Source: an uncultured Desulfatitalea sp.
Lineage (GTDB): Bacteria; Desulfobacterota; Desulfobacteria; Desulfobacterales; Desulfosarcinaceae
DNA: 64,000 nt
Assembly: GCA_963668675.2 (NCBI GenBank)
Contig: CAXXMB010000002.1
Location: forward strand, 2,048,001 to 2,112,000
Direction: 5' to 3'
Position numbers and translations under genes: made by a program. The notes below the pieces were generated by a model. The model was not told where the DNA came from and did no database searches. It saw only the letters and a list, made by a program, of their open reading frames with translations. Position 1 is the first letter of the stretch. Each line of letters starts with the position of its first letter. Positions 49,748 to 61,813 of this stretch are shown here, one piece after another.

Positions 49748-51787
49748 TTAAAAATGCCAAGTCGCCTTAAAATAGAATCCCCGTTCGATCTCCGAGGTCG
49801 ACAGATCGATGATCTCTGGATCGAACTCCTGGTGGGACGAATCGAACAGGTTCTGTCCGACAAGGGAGAATGCCCAGCTTGGTGTTGGCTGCCATCCGAT
49901 GCGCGCATCCATGTTCCAGTAGGCTGATACGGATTGGGTCGGCAGATCGTCCACGTAGCGCAGCCACAGATCCAGCTCGAATCCCTGGGGAAGATCAAGG
50001 GTCGACCGAAGCGAAACCTGATGGCGGGGAATGTCCCCCTCAGATAGCACAGCGGTTGTGTCGAGACTGCCCTCTTTGCGCTTCAAGTGCATCTTCAGGT
50101 AGGTATAGGCGCCCTGCAGGCGCCACCCATCCAGCGGAAAGTAGTCCACGGCAACTTCCAGTCCGTAGGTGTATCCCTCCATCAGGTTACCCGCCATATA
50201 TGGCGCCACCACGTGCGCCGGCGACCCATCCAGATATGGCGTTCCCGGTTCGATGGTCCTCAGGTGGTCGTATTGGTTATAGAAGAGCGCCAGATCCGCA
50301 GAGAAGCGTTCGTGGGGTTGGACCCGGTAACCCGCCTCGTATGCGATGAGGGTCTCGGAACGGAAATCGTCGTCTCCCTGAAAGGAGATCTCCGTGATAG
50401 GCGTGCCGGGGATCACTTGCTGAATCAGCTGCGTGTCATGCTCTGCCACACCGGGTGTCCTGACCGCCCTGGAAACTGCCGACCAGAAGGTGTTACGATC
50501 ATCGGCCCGCCAGAGCATTCGGATGTTGGGTTGAATCTCGAATCCGGTGTAATCGTTGTTCTCGAACTTGCTGCCAATCGTGAGAGAAAGACGCTCGGGC
50601 AGCAGGGTGATGTCATCCTGGACAAAAAAGCTGAAAAGCTGATCGCGACGATCGTCGTCGTCAAATTGCACCGCTTCAGTGGTATCGAGATCCCCGCGCG
50701 TCAAGCGATAGCCAAGTCCCCATAACAACTCCTGACGGCGACCCAGGCCAAACCGGTGCTGGAAGTCCACGTCAACGGTATCCCGCGTCTCGCCAAAGAT
50801 ATAGTACTCCCTTTCGGTTCGGTCATAGAAGACCTGAAACGCCAGATCGGAGGAGGAAGAGAGCCACCGATTCCAGCGGCCCAGGAGATTGCCACCGGAG
50901 ACCTGGGAAGCTTCGATGATCGGTATGAGATAGGGCGGCGACAAGGAAAAGGCGGTCCCCTCATTGCCCACTTCTCCGTCGTAGAGATCGCCCTGTACCG
51001 TCAACTCGTCACGATCCGACATCTGCCAGTCGATGCGCCCCCCGCCGCGTGCGATGTCCCATCCGTCATGAGCTTCACCGCCCTGCAGATTCTGGCTGTT
51101 GTCCCGGTCGAAATATTTTACATAGGCACGATAGTGGGCCGCATCTCCGATTGCACCGCCGTAACGCAGGGCTCCGAACCCTCTCTCCTCGGTACCTATG
51201 CCACCGGAGACCATGCCGCCCTGGGTCTGCGATGCCGGGCGGGTGATGATGTTGATGACGCCGTTGACGGCATTGGCCCCCCACAGGCTGGCACCCGGGC
51301 CACGGATCACCTCGATGCGGTCCACATCTTCGAGCAGCGTATCCTGCACATCCCAGTAGACGCCTGAATAGATCGGACTATAGACGCTACGCCCGTCCAT
51401 CAACACCAGCAGCTTGTTGGCGAACCGCCCGTTGAATCCACGGGCGGTGATGGCCCAAGCATTGGCCGAGATACGCGCCACCTCGAGCCCCGGCACCATG
51501 CGCAGGGCCTCGGGAATCGAAGTTACGCCCGAACGACGAATGTCTTCGGCTGAGATGACGAATACTGCTGCGGTGCTATCGGTCAGGCGCTGGGCCTTGC
51601 GGGAAACGGTGGTGACCTCCACCGACATCAGGTCCTCGATACTCAGCTCTGTAAGATCTTTAGCGGCCACGGGCCGTGCATGGGCCGCAGGGATGACCAT
51701 CACTGCCAAAACCCAGGCCAGGCTGACCATGAATCTTGATCTCAGCACCGGCCGCCAGGGGTGCCTCTTCCATCGAATAGAATACAT
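49748..51787 (-). CDS. TonB-dependent receptor (start uncertain)
   Basis: LTELSIEDLM, plug RIEVIRGPGASLWGANAVNGVINIIT, terminal WHF. Confidence 0.92.
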   Translation of the reverse strand: MYSIRWKRHPWRPVLRSRFMVSLAWVLAVMVIPAAHARPVAAKDLTELSIEDLMSVEVTTVSRKAQRLTDSTAAVFVISAEDIRRSGVTSIPEALRMVPGLEVARISANAWAITARGFNGRFANKLLVLMDGRSVYSPIYSGVYWDVQDTLLEDVDRIEVIRGPGASLWGANAVNGVINIITRPASQTQGGMVSGGIGTEERGFGALRYGGAIGDAAHYRAYVKYFDRDNSQNLQGGEAHDGWDIARGGGRIDWQMSDRDELTVQGDLYDGEVGNEGTAFSLSPPYLIPIIEASQVSGGNLLGRWNRWLSSSSDLAFQVFYDRTEREYYIFGETRDTVDVDFQHRFGLGRRQELLWGLGYRLTRGDLDTTEAVQFDDDDRRDQLFSFFVQDDITLLPERLSLTIGSKFENNDYTGFEIQPNIRMLWRADDRNTFWSAVSRAVRTPGVAEHDTQLIQQVIPGTPITEISFQGDDDFRSETLIAYEAGYRVQPHERFSADLALFYNQYDHLRTIEPGTPYLDGSPAHVVAPYMAGNLMEGYTYGLEVAVDYFPLDGWRLQGAYTYLKMHLKRKEGSLDTTAVLSEGDIPRHQVSLRSTLDLPQGFELDLWLRYVDDLPTQSVSAYWNMDARIGWQPTPSWAFSLVGQNLFDSSHQEFDPEIIDLSTSEIERGFYFKATWHF

Positions 51788-51984
51788 CTCAGATTCCTTA
51801 TTCAAAAACAAAAGGTCCGCTATAGATCGAACCGCCCCGGTACCCGGGCCGCACGGACCAGAATAGATCGAATACCGCTATGTTTATTTCGGTATCAGAG
51901 GGCCGTTTCATGAGGAAAAAGTGAGAAAACAGGCGGGTGTGACCGTAGCGCAGGGGTGGCCGCCATCTTGGCCGGGTGGCAATA

Positions 51985-53154
51985 TCACCCCTGCCGGCGC
52001 ACGTATGCTTCCAGGCGGTCCAGCCCTTCGCGAATGTTCTCCAGCGAGTTGGCGTATGAGAAGCGCAGAAACCCCTCGCCGCCGGCGCCGAAATCGATCC
52101 CGGGGGTGACCCCGACGTGGGCCTTCTCCAGGATGTCGAACGCCAGCGCGTAAGAGTCTTCGGAGAGGTGTTTTGCGTTGACGAAAACGTAGAATGCGCC
52201 GGTCGGTTCAGCCGGAAGGTTGAAGCCGATCTCCTTGAGACGCCGGATCATGAAACGCCGCCGCTCGTCATAGGTGGCCACCATGCGGGCTACATCCGCA
52301 CCGGCCTGGGTCAGGGCGGCAATGCCGGCCTTCTGCACCGCCGCGTTGGCGGAGATGTAGAAGTTCTGGTGGATCTTCTGAATCGAACGGACGAACGGTT
52401 TGGGGGCGATGAGATAGCCCAGCCGCAGCCCGGTCATGGCGTAGAGTTTGGAAAAGCCGTTGAACACAAAAGCGCGGTCGCTGAATTCGAGAATCGAGTG
52501 CGCCTTCCCCTCGTATACCAGGCCATGGTAGATCTCGTCGGAGAGTACATAGGGCCCCATACCGGCAATGGCCTCCATGCGCTCTGCCGAAAGCAGGGTG
52601 CCGGTGGGGTTGGCCGGTGAATTGATGAAGATGCCCCTCGTCCGCGGCGTCAGTCGCTCCTGGATCGCTTCGGGGCGCAGTTGGAAGCCATCCTCTTCGC
52701 ATACCCGCACGCTGGTGCAGCGTGCATCGAGGAAGTTGACAAAGTTGGGGTAGCAGGCGTAGTGGGGATCGGAGAGAACCACCTCATCCCCGGCCTCGAG
52801 CAGGGCCGCGCACGCCATGAAAATGGCCGGCGAACTGCCGGCCGTGACGATGACCTGGTCCGGATCGACCGACACGCCATACTTTTCCATATAGTCGGCG
52901 CAGATCGCCTCGCGCAGCGGCCGGATGCCCAGGCTGTGGGTGTAGTGGGTGAAGCCGTCGGCCATGGCCCGGCAGACCGCCTCGGTCACACAGGTTGGGG
53001 TATCGAAATCGGGCTCGCCCACTTCCAGATGAACGATGTCGATGCCCCGGGCCGCCATCTCGCCGGCCTTCTCCAGGACATCCATCACGATGAAGGATGT
53101 CAACTCACGAGCACGCTTGGCGCCCTTGGTTTCGTCTCCTGCCAACGGTTTCAT
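51985..53154 (-). CDS. PLP-dependent class I/II aminotransferase
   Basis: GEPDF, NSPANPTG, SDEIY, FSKLYAMTGLRLG. Confidence 0.92.
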   Translation of the reverse strand: MKPLAGDETKGAKRARELTSFIVMDVLEKAGEMAARGIDIVHLEVGEPDFDTPTCVTEAVCRAMADGFTHYTHSLGIRPLREAICADYMEKYGVSVDPDQVIVTAGSSPAIFMACAALLEAGDEVVLSDPHYACYPNFVNFLDARCTSVRVCEEDGFQLRPEAIQERLTPRTRGIFINSPANPTGTLLSAERMEAIAGMGPYVLSDEIYHGLVYEGKAHSILEFSDRAFVFNGFSKLYAMTGLRLGYLIAPKPFVRSIQKIHQNFYISANAAVQKAGIAALTQAGADVARMVATYDERRRFMIRRLKEIGFNLPAEPTGAFYVFVNAKHLSEDSYALAFDILEKAHVGVTPGIDFGAGGEGFLRFSYANSLENIREGLDRLEAYVRRQG

Positions 53155-53199
53155 TCTGCCCCCCCTTGCCGGCCGATGCGTAGGCCGCAGGGCCAACGC

Positions 53200-54075
53200 C
53201 TAAACCACCTTGTTCAATGGATACTCGAGAATCCCCTCTGCGCCGTTCTTGAGCAGTGTGGGAATCAGCTCGCGCACCACATGGGTCTCCACCACGCTCT
53301 CCACGGCGAACCATTCGGACTGATAGAGCGGCGAAACGGTGGGCGCGTTGAGACTGGGCAAGAGCCCCACCACCGTCTCCAGATTCTCTTTGGAGACATT
53401 CATCTTCAAGCCCACCAGTTTCTCGCCGAGCAGAGCCCCCTTCAGCAGCAGTGCGATCTGCTCGATCTTCTCCCGCTTGGCCGGATCTTTCCACGCCTCA
53501 TGGTTGACGATGAGCTGGGTGTTGGTCTGCATCAGCTCGTAGATGATGCGCAGGCCGTGCGCCTTGATCGTACTGCCGGTTTCGGTCACCTCCACGATGG
53601 CGTCGGCCAGGCCGGAGACCACCTTGGCCTCGGTGGCGCCCCAGGAGAACTCCACCGACACGTCGATGTTGCGCTCTTTGAAAAACCGTTCGGTGTAGCC
53701 CACCAGTTCGGTGGCGATCTTCTTGCCGGCCAGATCTTCCAGCTGTTTGACGTCCGAATCGTACGGAACGGCCAGCACCCATCGCGCAGGGCGCGAACTC
53801 ACCTTTGAGTAGACCAGATCATCGACCACATGCACATCCGACTGGTTCTCGGCGATCCAGTCCTTGCCGGTCAGACCGGCATCCAGGGTGCCGCTCTCCA
53901 CATAGCGGGACATCTCCTGGGCGCGGCAGATGGCGCAGTCGATGGTGTCGTCGTTGATTTCGGGAAAATAGCTGCGTCCGTTCACATTGATGGTCCAGCC
54001 GGAACGCTTAAAAAGCGCAATGGTGGCATTTTGCAAGCTGCCTTTGGGAACACCGAGTTTGAGCGGTAGCGTCAT
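53200..54075 (-). CDS. hisG: ATP phosphoribosyltransferase (long form)
   Basis: PKGSL, GATE, ETGST, C-terminal regulatory domain. Confidence 0.95.
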   Translation of the reverse strand: MTLPLKLGVPKGSLQNATIALFKRSGWTINVNGRSYFPEINDDTIDCAICRAQEMSRYVESGTLDAGLTGKDWIAENQSDVHVVDDLVYSKVSSRPARWVLAVPYDSDVKQLEDLAGKKIATELVGYTERFFKERNIDVSVEFSWGATEAKVVSGLADAIVEVTETGSTIKAHGLRIIYELMQTNTQLIVNHEAWKDPAKREKIEQIALLLKGALLGEKLVGLKMNVSKENLETVVGLLPSLNAPTVSPLYQSEWFAVESVVETHVVRELIPTLLKNGAEGILEYPLNKVV

Positions 54076-54456
54076 TTATTTGTAGACCTCCTTGGGGTCG
54101 AACACCGGTTCGCCGACCACCTCGACATTTTGATTTTCATCCACACGCTTGAAAAAACAGCTTCGATGGCCTGTGTGGCAAGCCGCGCCGCCCACCTGCT
54201 CGACCTTGAGCACCACGGTATCGTCATCGCAATCGATGCGAATCTCCTTGACCAGCTGCACATTTCCGGAGGTCAACCCTTTGGTCCACAAGGTGTTTCG
54301 CGTACGGCTGTAAAAGGTGGCCTTACCGATGCGCAGCGTGGTCTCCCACGCCTCCGGGTTCATGAAGCCGACCATGAGCACCTCACCGGTCTCATGGTCC
54401 TGGACCACCGCCGGTACCAAGCCGCCCATTTTTTCGAAATCGAGTTTGGCCTTCAT
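54076..54456 (-). CDS. hisI: Phosphoribosyl-AMP cyclohydrolase
   Basis: [24 protein letters not shown]. Confidence 0.95.
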   Translation of the reverse strand: MKAKLDFEKMGGLVPAVVQDHETGEVLMVGFMNPEAWETTLRIGKATFYSRTRNTLWTKGLTSGNVQLVKEIRIDCDDDTVVLKVEQVGGAACHTGHRSCFFKRVDENQNVEVVGEPVFDPKEVYK

Positions 54457-54764
54457 GGCATAACTCCTTATGTTCTTGAAACTTTGGCCTTTCATAAGCA
54501 ATACAATAAAAAGAGATCAAGTACCGATTATTCTTGGCCGAGTCAAATTTTTTTTCAGTTGCCTGGGCGTTTGAGGCTGGCTAGAGATGGAAAAGGGGTG
54601 AATATGCCTCGACAACCGGCGCCATGGTGCCAGTGCGCTAACAGCTTGCTGTGTTCCGGCTTTTTTGATAAGTTCAATGAATTTCACATCGTACCGGAAG
54701 GCGACCCCATTTGGAACAGCTACGGCAACGCCGGCGTCCAAAAGGGTCGAGCAGGTCAAACAAC

Positions 54765-57170
54765 ATGGCAAAACCCGTCACCACCTCGCAAATACTAAAA
54801 AAGCGTGCCCGCAAGCAAAACGGCAACACCTGGTCCAAAATCATCAAATGGTCCCTCTGGTCGGTGCTGCTTCTCATGCTGCTGGCTGGTGCCGCCACTA
54901 TCGGCGTCTTTTTCTATCTGAGCAGGGATCTGCCCAAAATCAGCACCCTCAAGGACTATCACCCCTCGATCATCACCACGGTCTATTCGGACGACAACCG
55001 TAAAATCGCCGAGTTCTACCGCGAACGGCGCATCGTCGTCCCCCTGGAGGAGATACCGCTGCAACTGCGCCAGGCCTTCATCAGCGCAGAGGATGCCCGC
55101 TTCTATAAACACCAGGGCATCGACGTCTTCAGCATCGTGCGTGCCTTCTTCAAAAACCTGGAGGCGGGCACCATCGTCCAGGGCGGCAGCACCATCACCC
55201 AGCAGGTGACCAAGAGCTTCCTGCTGACCCCGGAGCGCAGCTACGAGCGCAAGATCAAAGAGGCCCTGCTGGCCTACCAGATCGACAAGGCCTTCAAAAA
55301 AGACGAAATCCTCTACCTCTACCTCAATCAGATCTACCTGGGCCACGGCGCCTATGGGGTCGAGGCAGCCGCCGAAAACTACTTCGGAAAGCACTCCAAA
55401 GACCTCAACCTGGCCGAGTGCGCCATGTTGGCCGGTCTGCCCCAGGCCCCCAGCCGCTACTCCCCGTTTCACTACCCCGAACGCGCCAAACAGCGCCAGA
55501 TCTATGTACTCAACCGCATGGTCGACGAAGGCTACATCTCCCAGATCGATGCCTCCGAAGCCATGGCCATCAAGCTGGACATCCATCCGCGCCGCAACTG
55601 GTACCTGGAAAAGGTGCCGGTCTACACCGAGGACATTCGCCGCTACGTCGAAAAGAAGTACGGAGAAGACGCCCTCTACGGTCAGGGGCTGAAAATCTAT
55701 GCGGCCGTCAACATCGAGATGCAGAAAGCGGCCCGGGAAGAGATCCAGAAAGGGCTCAAGGAGCTGGACCGTCGCGAAGGCTACCGCGGACCGCTGGAAA
55801 AATTGCCCCAGGATCAAATCGAGGCCTTCTCCCAGGAGCTGCTCAAAGCGTTTGCCGAGACGCCTCCGGAGGAAGGCGGCACTGTCCGCGGTGTGGTGAT
55901 CGATGTGGACGACAAGGACGGCCGCGTAACGGTCCGAATGGGGGATCAACGCGGCGTCATTTCATTGGAAGAGATGCGGTGGGCGCGTAAGCCCAATCCG
56001 AATGTGGCCTACTATGCTGCCCGCATCCGGCGCCCGAGTCAGGCCCTTGCCGTGGGAGACGTGATCCTGGTCGAGCTGCTCGAACACGATGAGAAAGCCG
56101 ACCTCTGGAAATTGGCCCTCGATCAGGCCCCCGAGGTTCAATCGGCACTGATGTGTATCGAGGCCGGCACCGGACTGGTCAAGGTGATGGTGGGCGGCCG
56201 CGACTTCATGGAGAGCCAGTTCAACCGGGCCACCCAATCGCGGCGCCAACCCGGATCGGCCTTCAAGCCGATCATCTACGCAGCAGCGCTGGACAAAGGC
56301 TATACACCGGCCACCACCATCATCGATTCCCCCATCGTCTTCAAGGACGTGGAGCACGACTTTACCTGGAAACCCAAAAATTACGGCAAGAAGTTCTACG
56401 GCCCCACCCTGCTTCGCGAGGCGCTGGCCAAATCGCGCAACGTCGTCACCATCAAGATCATGCAGGACATCGGCATCGAATATGTGATCGACTATGCCCG
56501 CAAACTGGGCGTCGAGTCCGATCTGAGCCGCGACCTCTCGATCGCACTGGGGTCATCGGGGATCTCCCTGCTGGAGATCGTCCAGGCCTATTCGGTCTTC
56601 GCTAACCAGGGCTATCGGGTGGAGCCGGCCTTCATCACCAAGATCGAAGACCGTTTCGGCAATGTCTTGGAAGAGATGAATCCCATTCGAAAGCAGGTCG
56701 TCGAACCGAGCACCGCCTACATCATGACCAGCCTGCTCGAAGGCGTGGTCAAATACGGTACCGGCCAGCGGGTGAGGGTGCTCAAGCGACCGGTGGCCGG
56801 CAAGACCGGCACCACGAACAATCTCTTCGATGCCTGGTTCGTCGGCTACACCCCGCGCTTTATCACCGGCGTCTGGGTCGGCTACGACCAGGAGCGCTCC
56901 CTGGGAAAAGGCGAAACCGGCTCGAGGGCCGCCAGCCCCATTTGGCTCGGCTTCATGCAGCAGATTCTGAAAAAGGAGCCGGTGCGCATCTTCCAGGTGC
57001 CCGAAGGGGTGGTTTTCGCCAAAATCGATGCCGATACCGGCCTGCTGCCCATACCGGAATCCAAGCACACCATTTTCGAGTGCTTCAAGGAGGGGACCGT
57101 ACCGACCGAGTACACCGCCAAACCGGGCACCGTGACCGAACCGGACCAGTTCTTCAAGCAAGATATGTAA
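54765..57170 (+). CDS. mrcA: Penicillin-binding protein 1A
   Basis: EDARF, GGSTITQQ, SAFK, SRN, KTGT. Confidence 0.93.
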   Translation: MAKPVTTSQILKKRARKQNGNTWSKIIKWSLWSVLLLMLLAGAATIGVFFYLSRDLPKISTLKDYHPSIITTVYSDDNRKIAEFYRERRIVVPLEEIPLQLRQAFISAEDARFYKHQGIDVFSIVRAFFKNLEAGTIVQGGSTITQQVTKSFLLTPERSYERKIKEALLAYQIDKAFKKDEILYLYLNQIYLGHGAYGVEAAAENYFGKHSKDLNLAECAMLAGLPQAPSRYSPFHYPERAKQRQIYVLNRMVDEGYISQIDASEAMAIKLDIHPRRNWYLEKVPVYTEDIRRYVEKKYGEDALYGQGLKIYAAVNIEMQKAAREEIQKGLKELDRREGYRGPLEKLPQDQIEAFSQELLKAFAETPPEEGGTVRGVVIDVDDKDGRVTVRMGDQRGVISLEEMRWARKPNPNVAYYAARIRRPSQALAVGDVILVELLEHDEKADLWKLALDQAPEVQSALMCIEAGTGLVKVMVGGRDFMESQFNRATQSRRQPGSAFKPIIYAAALDKGYTPATTIIDSPIVFKDVEHDFTWKPKNYGKKFYGPTLLREALAKSRNVVTIKIMQDIGIEYVIDYARKLGVESDLSRDLSIALGSSGISLLEIVQAYSVFANQGYRVEPAFITKIEDRFGNVLEEMNPIRKQVVEPSTAYIMTSLLEGVVKYGTGQRVRVLKRPVAGKTGTTNNLFDAWFVGYTPRFITGVWVGYDQERSLGKGETGSRAASPIWLGFMQQILKKEPVRIFQVPEGVVFAKIDADTGLLPIPESKHTIFECFKEGTVPTEYTAKPGTVTEPDQFFKQDM

Positions 57171-57179
57171 ATACAGCCT

Positions 57180-59648
57180 ATGGGCCTCCGCCATATCCTC
57201 ATGGTTCTATCCCTGTTGGCCTTTCTGTCGGCTACGGCCGGCGGTGTCCTCTACTACTCGGCCCTGCGGCAGGCGGCCTTCACCGAGGCCGAGCACCAGG
57301 CGGCCGCCCGCACCGAACTGCTCCACAAGAGCCTCAATTCATTCCTCTCCGAACACCACAACACGGTGGTGACCCTGGCCGGCATGCCGGGCCTGCAAGA
57401 GGCGTTGCTGGTCGATACGCCCGATGCCCTCTACCGCGGCAATGTGATCCTCGATCACTTTGCCGCCACCCTCGATGCCGATGTCTGCTACCTGATGAAT
57501 CGCGCTGGTATCACCATCGCCTCGAGCAATCGCAAAGATCCGGACAGCTTTATCAGCCAGAATTTCGCCTTCCGCCCCTATTTTAAACAGGCCCTCAGAG
57601 GGTCCCACGGCACCTATCTGGCCCTGGGGACCACCTCGGGCAAGCGCGGCGTCTATCACAGCTATCCGGTCTACTCCGATCCCGAAGAGCAGCCTATCGG
57701 CGTTGCGGTGATCAAATCTTCCATCGAACGCACCGAACGCGATCTGGGCCTGCCCACCGACGACATTGTTCTGGTCACCAACGCCATGGGCGTGATCTTT
57801 ATCGCCAACCGCCCCGAGTGGCTCTTTCAACTCGCCTGGGAACTCAACCCCGGGCAGCTGAGCGAACTCAGGCGTATGCGGCAATTCGGCCCCGGCCCAT
57901 GGCGCTGGATCGGCCTCAGCGCAACCGACGACGACCATGTGACCGACAGCAAGGGACGGCGCTATCTGATCCGTCGTTCGGACATCGAACGCTTTCCCGG
58001 CTGGAAGATTCTCTATCTGCGCAACACGCAGCTTATCGCCCAAGCCCTCTCCGGGCCGCTGATGAGCGTCGTCCGACCGGTGGCTGTGCTGCTGTCGGTG
58101 CTGATCGGGCTATCGGTGCTGGTGCTCTATCAAAAGGCCAGTCGTGAAATCCTGCGCCGGCGCAACGCCGAGCAGGCCCTGCGCCACAGTGAAACACGCT
58201 ACCGCGCCCTCTATCACCACACGCCCGCCATGCTCCACTCCATCGATCTCCGGGGCAACCTGCTCAGCGTAAGTGATTTCTGGGTGGAGACCACCGGGTA
58301 CACACGAGAAGAGGCCCTCGGCCGACCGTTGACCGACTTTTTAAGCTCCGAATCGAAACACCAGGCCGAAACCGTCATCTTACCGCAATTTTTCGAATAC
58401 GGTTTTGTCAAAGACATTCCCTACACCATGGTCAAAAAGAGCGGCGAAACCATGGAGGTGCTGATCTCGGCCATTGCCGATCGCGGCCCGGACGGCAACA
58501 TTCAGCGCTCTTTGGCCGTCTCGATCGATGTGACCGAGCGTAACCGGGCCGAAGCCGCCCTGCGCATCGCCAAAGAGGAGCTGAGCCACTACTCCAAGGA
58601 GCTGGAGCAGCAAGTGCGCAAGCGCACCAGCGAAATCACGGCCATCCTCCAGTACACACCTGCGGTGGTCTATATGAAGGATGCCCAGGGGCGTTACCTT
58701 TTGGTCAATTCGCGCTTCGAAAAACTTTTCAATGTGGCCAACGCCGATGTGCGCGGCAAAACCGACGGAGATCTTCTGCCCGAAGAGGTGGCTCTCCAGT
58801 TCAGCGCAAACGATGAATGGGTTTTGAGCGAAGGCGACTCGCTGCACGTTGAGGAGCGAATTCCCCTGCCCGAAGGCCGCCACACCTACCTTTCGGTCAA
58901 GTTTCCCATCTATGGGGCCTCGGGCGTAATCCAAGGGGTCTGTGGCATCGCCACCGACATCACCGCCCTTAAGAATGCCCAGGAGCAGTTGCGGCAGCTC
59001 TCCGGGTCAATCATGGCCAACCAGGAGAAGGAGCGGGCCCTCATCGCCAGGGAGTTGCACGACGAGCTGGGCCAGCTGCTAACGGCGCTGCGCATGGACG
59101 CCGTGTGGCTGCAGAAGCACCTCGCATCCACCGACACCAAGGCGGCGGATCGGGCCGAAGCCATCTGTTCGTTGGTCGACACCACCATCGAAGAGGTGCG
59201 CGCCATGTCCATCCGGTTGCGCCCGGGCGTACTAGACGATTTGGGCCTGGTCGAAGCGCTTGATTGGTATACGACAGAGTTTGAACGGTGGGCCGAAATC
59301 GCCTGCTTCTTCAAGCACGGCACCATCCCACCCGTGACGGATGCCATCGCCACCGCCGCCTACCGCATCGCCCAGGAGGCGCTCACCAACGTCGCCCGGC
59401 ATGCCAACGCCAACCGGGCCGAGGTGGCGCTGCACATGGCAAAAGAGAGCCTGGTGCTCAACGTCTCGGATGACGGGAGGGGATTCAACCCCGAGACCCT
59501 CTCCGAGACACGCATGCTCGGATTGGCCGGCATGCGCGAACGGGCCTCCCTGACGGGCGGCCGCCTCGATGTGACCTCGGTGCCGGGCCGGGGCACATCG
59601 GTCCGGTTTCAAGTGCAACTATCCGAACGGTATGGAGACGAGCTATGA
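57180..59648 (+). CDS. Cache/PAS sensor kinase (HisKA_3 type)
   Basis: FRPYF Cache domain, two PAS, ARELHDELGQ, QEALTN, DDGRGF. Confidence 0.92.
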   Translation: MGLRHILMVLSLLAFLSATAGGVLYYSALRQAAFTEAEHQAAARTELLHKSLNSFLSEHHNTVVTLAGMPGLQEALLVDTPDALYRGNVILDHFAATLDADVCYLMNRAGITIASSNRKDPDSFISQNFAFRPYFKQALRGSHGTYLALGTTSGKRGVYHSYPVYSDPEEQPIGVAVIKSSIERTERDLGLPTDDIVLVTNAMGVIFIANRPEWLFQLAWELNPGQLSELRRMRQFGPGPWRWIGLSATDDDHVTDSKGRRYLIRRSDIERFPGWKILYLRNTQLIAQALSGPLMSVVRPVAVLLSVLIGLSVLVLYQKASREILRRRNAEQALRHSETRYRALYHHTPAMLHSIDLRGNLLSVSDFWVETTGYTREEALGRPLTDFLSSESKHQAETVILPQFFEYGFVKDIPYTMVKKSGETMEVLISAIADRGPDGNIQRSLAVSIDVTERNRAEAALRIAKEELSHYSKELEQQVRKRTSEITAILQYTPAVVYMKDAQGRYLLVNSRFEKLFNVANADVRGKTDGDLLPEEVALQFSANDEWVLSEGDSLHVEERIPLPEGRHTYLSVKFPIYGASGVIQGVCGIATDITALKNAQEQLRQLSGSIMANQEKERALIARELHDELGQLLTALRMDAVWLQKHLASTDTKAADRAEAICSLVDTTIEEVRAMSIRLRPGVLDDLGLVEALDWYTTEFERWAEIACFFKHGTIPPVTDAIATAAYRIAQEALTNVARHANANRAEVALHMAKESLVLNVSDDGRGFNPETLSETRMLGLAGMRERASLTGGRLDVTSVPGRGTSVRFQVQLSERYGDEL

Positions 59649-60283
59649 TCAAAGTACTTCTGGCCGACGACCACAGCATTGTCCGCGCCGGACTGCGCCG
59701 CCTGGTCGAAGAGAGCGGCGATATGGAAGTGGTGGCCGAAGCCTCGGACGGCAGCGAAGCGATCCATAAGATCCGCGAGGATCGACCCGATGTTGCCGTC
59801 ATCGACCTCTCCATGCCCCAAATCGACGGCCTTGAGGTGATCAACCGCATCCATCCCGAATTCCCCGACCTGCCGATCATCGTCCTCACCATGCATGCCG
59901 AGAACCAGTATGTGGTGCGCGCCATCGAAGCCGGCGCCATGGGTTACATCACCAAGCAGTCGGCCCCCGAACAACTGGTCAAAGCGATCCGCAAAGTGAT
60001 GGGAGGCGCGCGCTACCTGACCGACGACGCCGCCGAATCGTTGGCACTGAGGGTCTCCAAAGGGGGTCGCGGCAGCGCCGGACTGGACGACCTCTCCACC
60101 CGGGAACTGCAGGTGCTGCGTCGCCTGGCCTTGGGGCACACCAACCGCGAAATCGCCGAAACCTACCACATCAGCATCAAAACCGTGGACACCTACCGCT
60201 TCCGGCTGCTCAAGAAGCTCAACCTGCGCAACAATGCCGAACTGTCACGTTTTGCCATCCAGAATGGGTTGATTGAGCCGTAG
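59645..60283 (+). CDS. NarL/LuxR-family response regulator
   Basis: ADDH, DLSMP, LSTRELQVL, ISIKTV. Confidence 0.95.
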   Translation: MIKVLLADDHSIVRAGLRRLVEESGDMEVVAEASDGSEAIHKIREDRPDVAVIDLSMPQIDGLEVINRIHPEFPDLPIIVLTMHAENQYVVRAIEAGAMGYITKQSAPEQLVKAIRKVMGGARYLTDDAAESLALRVSKGGRGSAGLDDLSTRELQVLRRLALGHTNREIAETYHISIKTVDTYRFRLLKKLNLRNNAELSRFAIQNGLIEP

Positions 60284-60340
60284 GCGAGTAAGTGTTATCG
60301 AATGGTGGTCGGCAGTCCATTTGATGCTCCGATAACGGCA

Positions 60341-60372
60341 CCGCAGGGGCACGATGCATCGTGCCCCTGCGG
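60341..60372. repeat. 32-bp perfect palindrome (REP-like)
   Basis: ccgcaggggcacgatg|catcgtgcccctgcgg. Confidence 0.8.
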
Positions 60373-60609
60373 ATATGTTCGGATCTGATTTATACGTGTG
60401 ATTACGCTGGCGAGGGTGAAAAGAACGCTTGCATTGCGCGCATGGGGCCCGTAAAAAGGGCTTTCCATATTCAGAAAGGCTTCCAAGGCATATCCGGCAA
60501 CCTCCCCGACGGGGATCGCGCGGCAAGATGCGAACCGGCCGATATTGAAGCGGGACCACCACTTCCCTCTTCAGCCTTCAGCCTAAACAATCACAAAGGA
60601 GAGGACGTT

Positions 60610-61785
<1,176 letters not shown>

Positions 61786-61813
61786 ATCGAAAACGAAGAA
61801 AAGGAGTAAGCGG

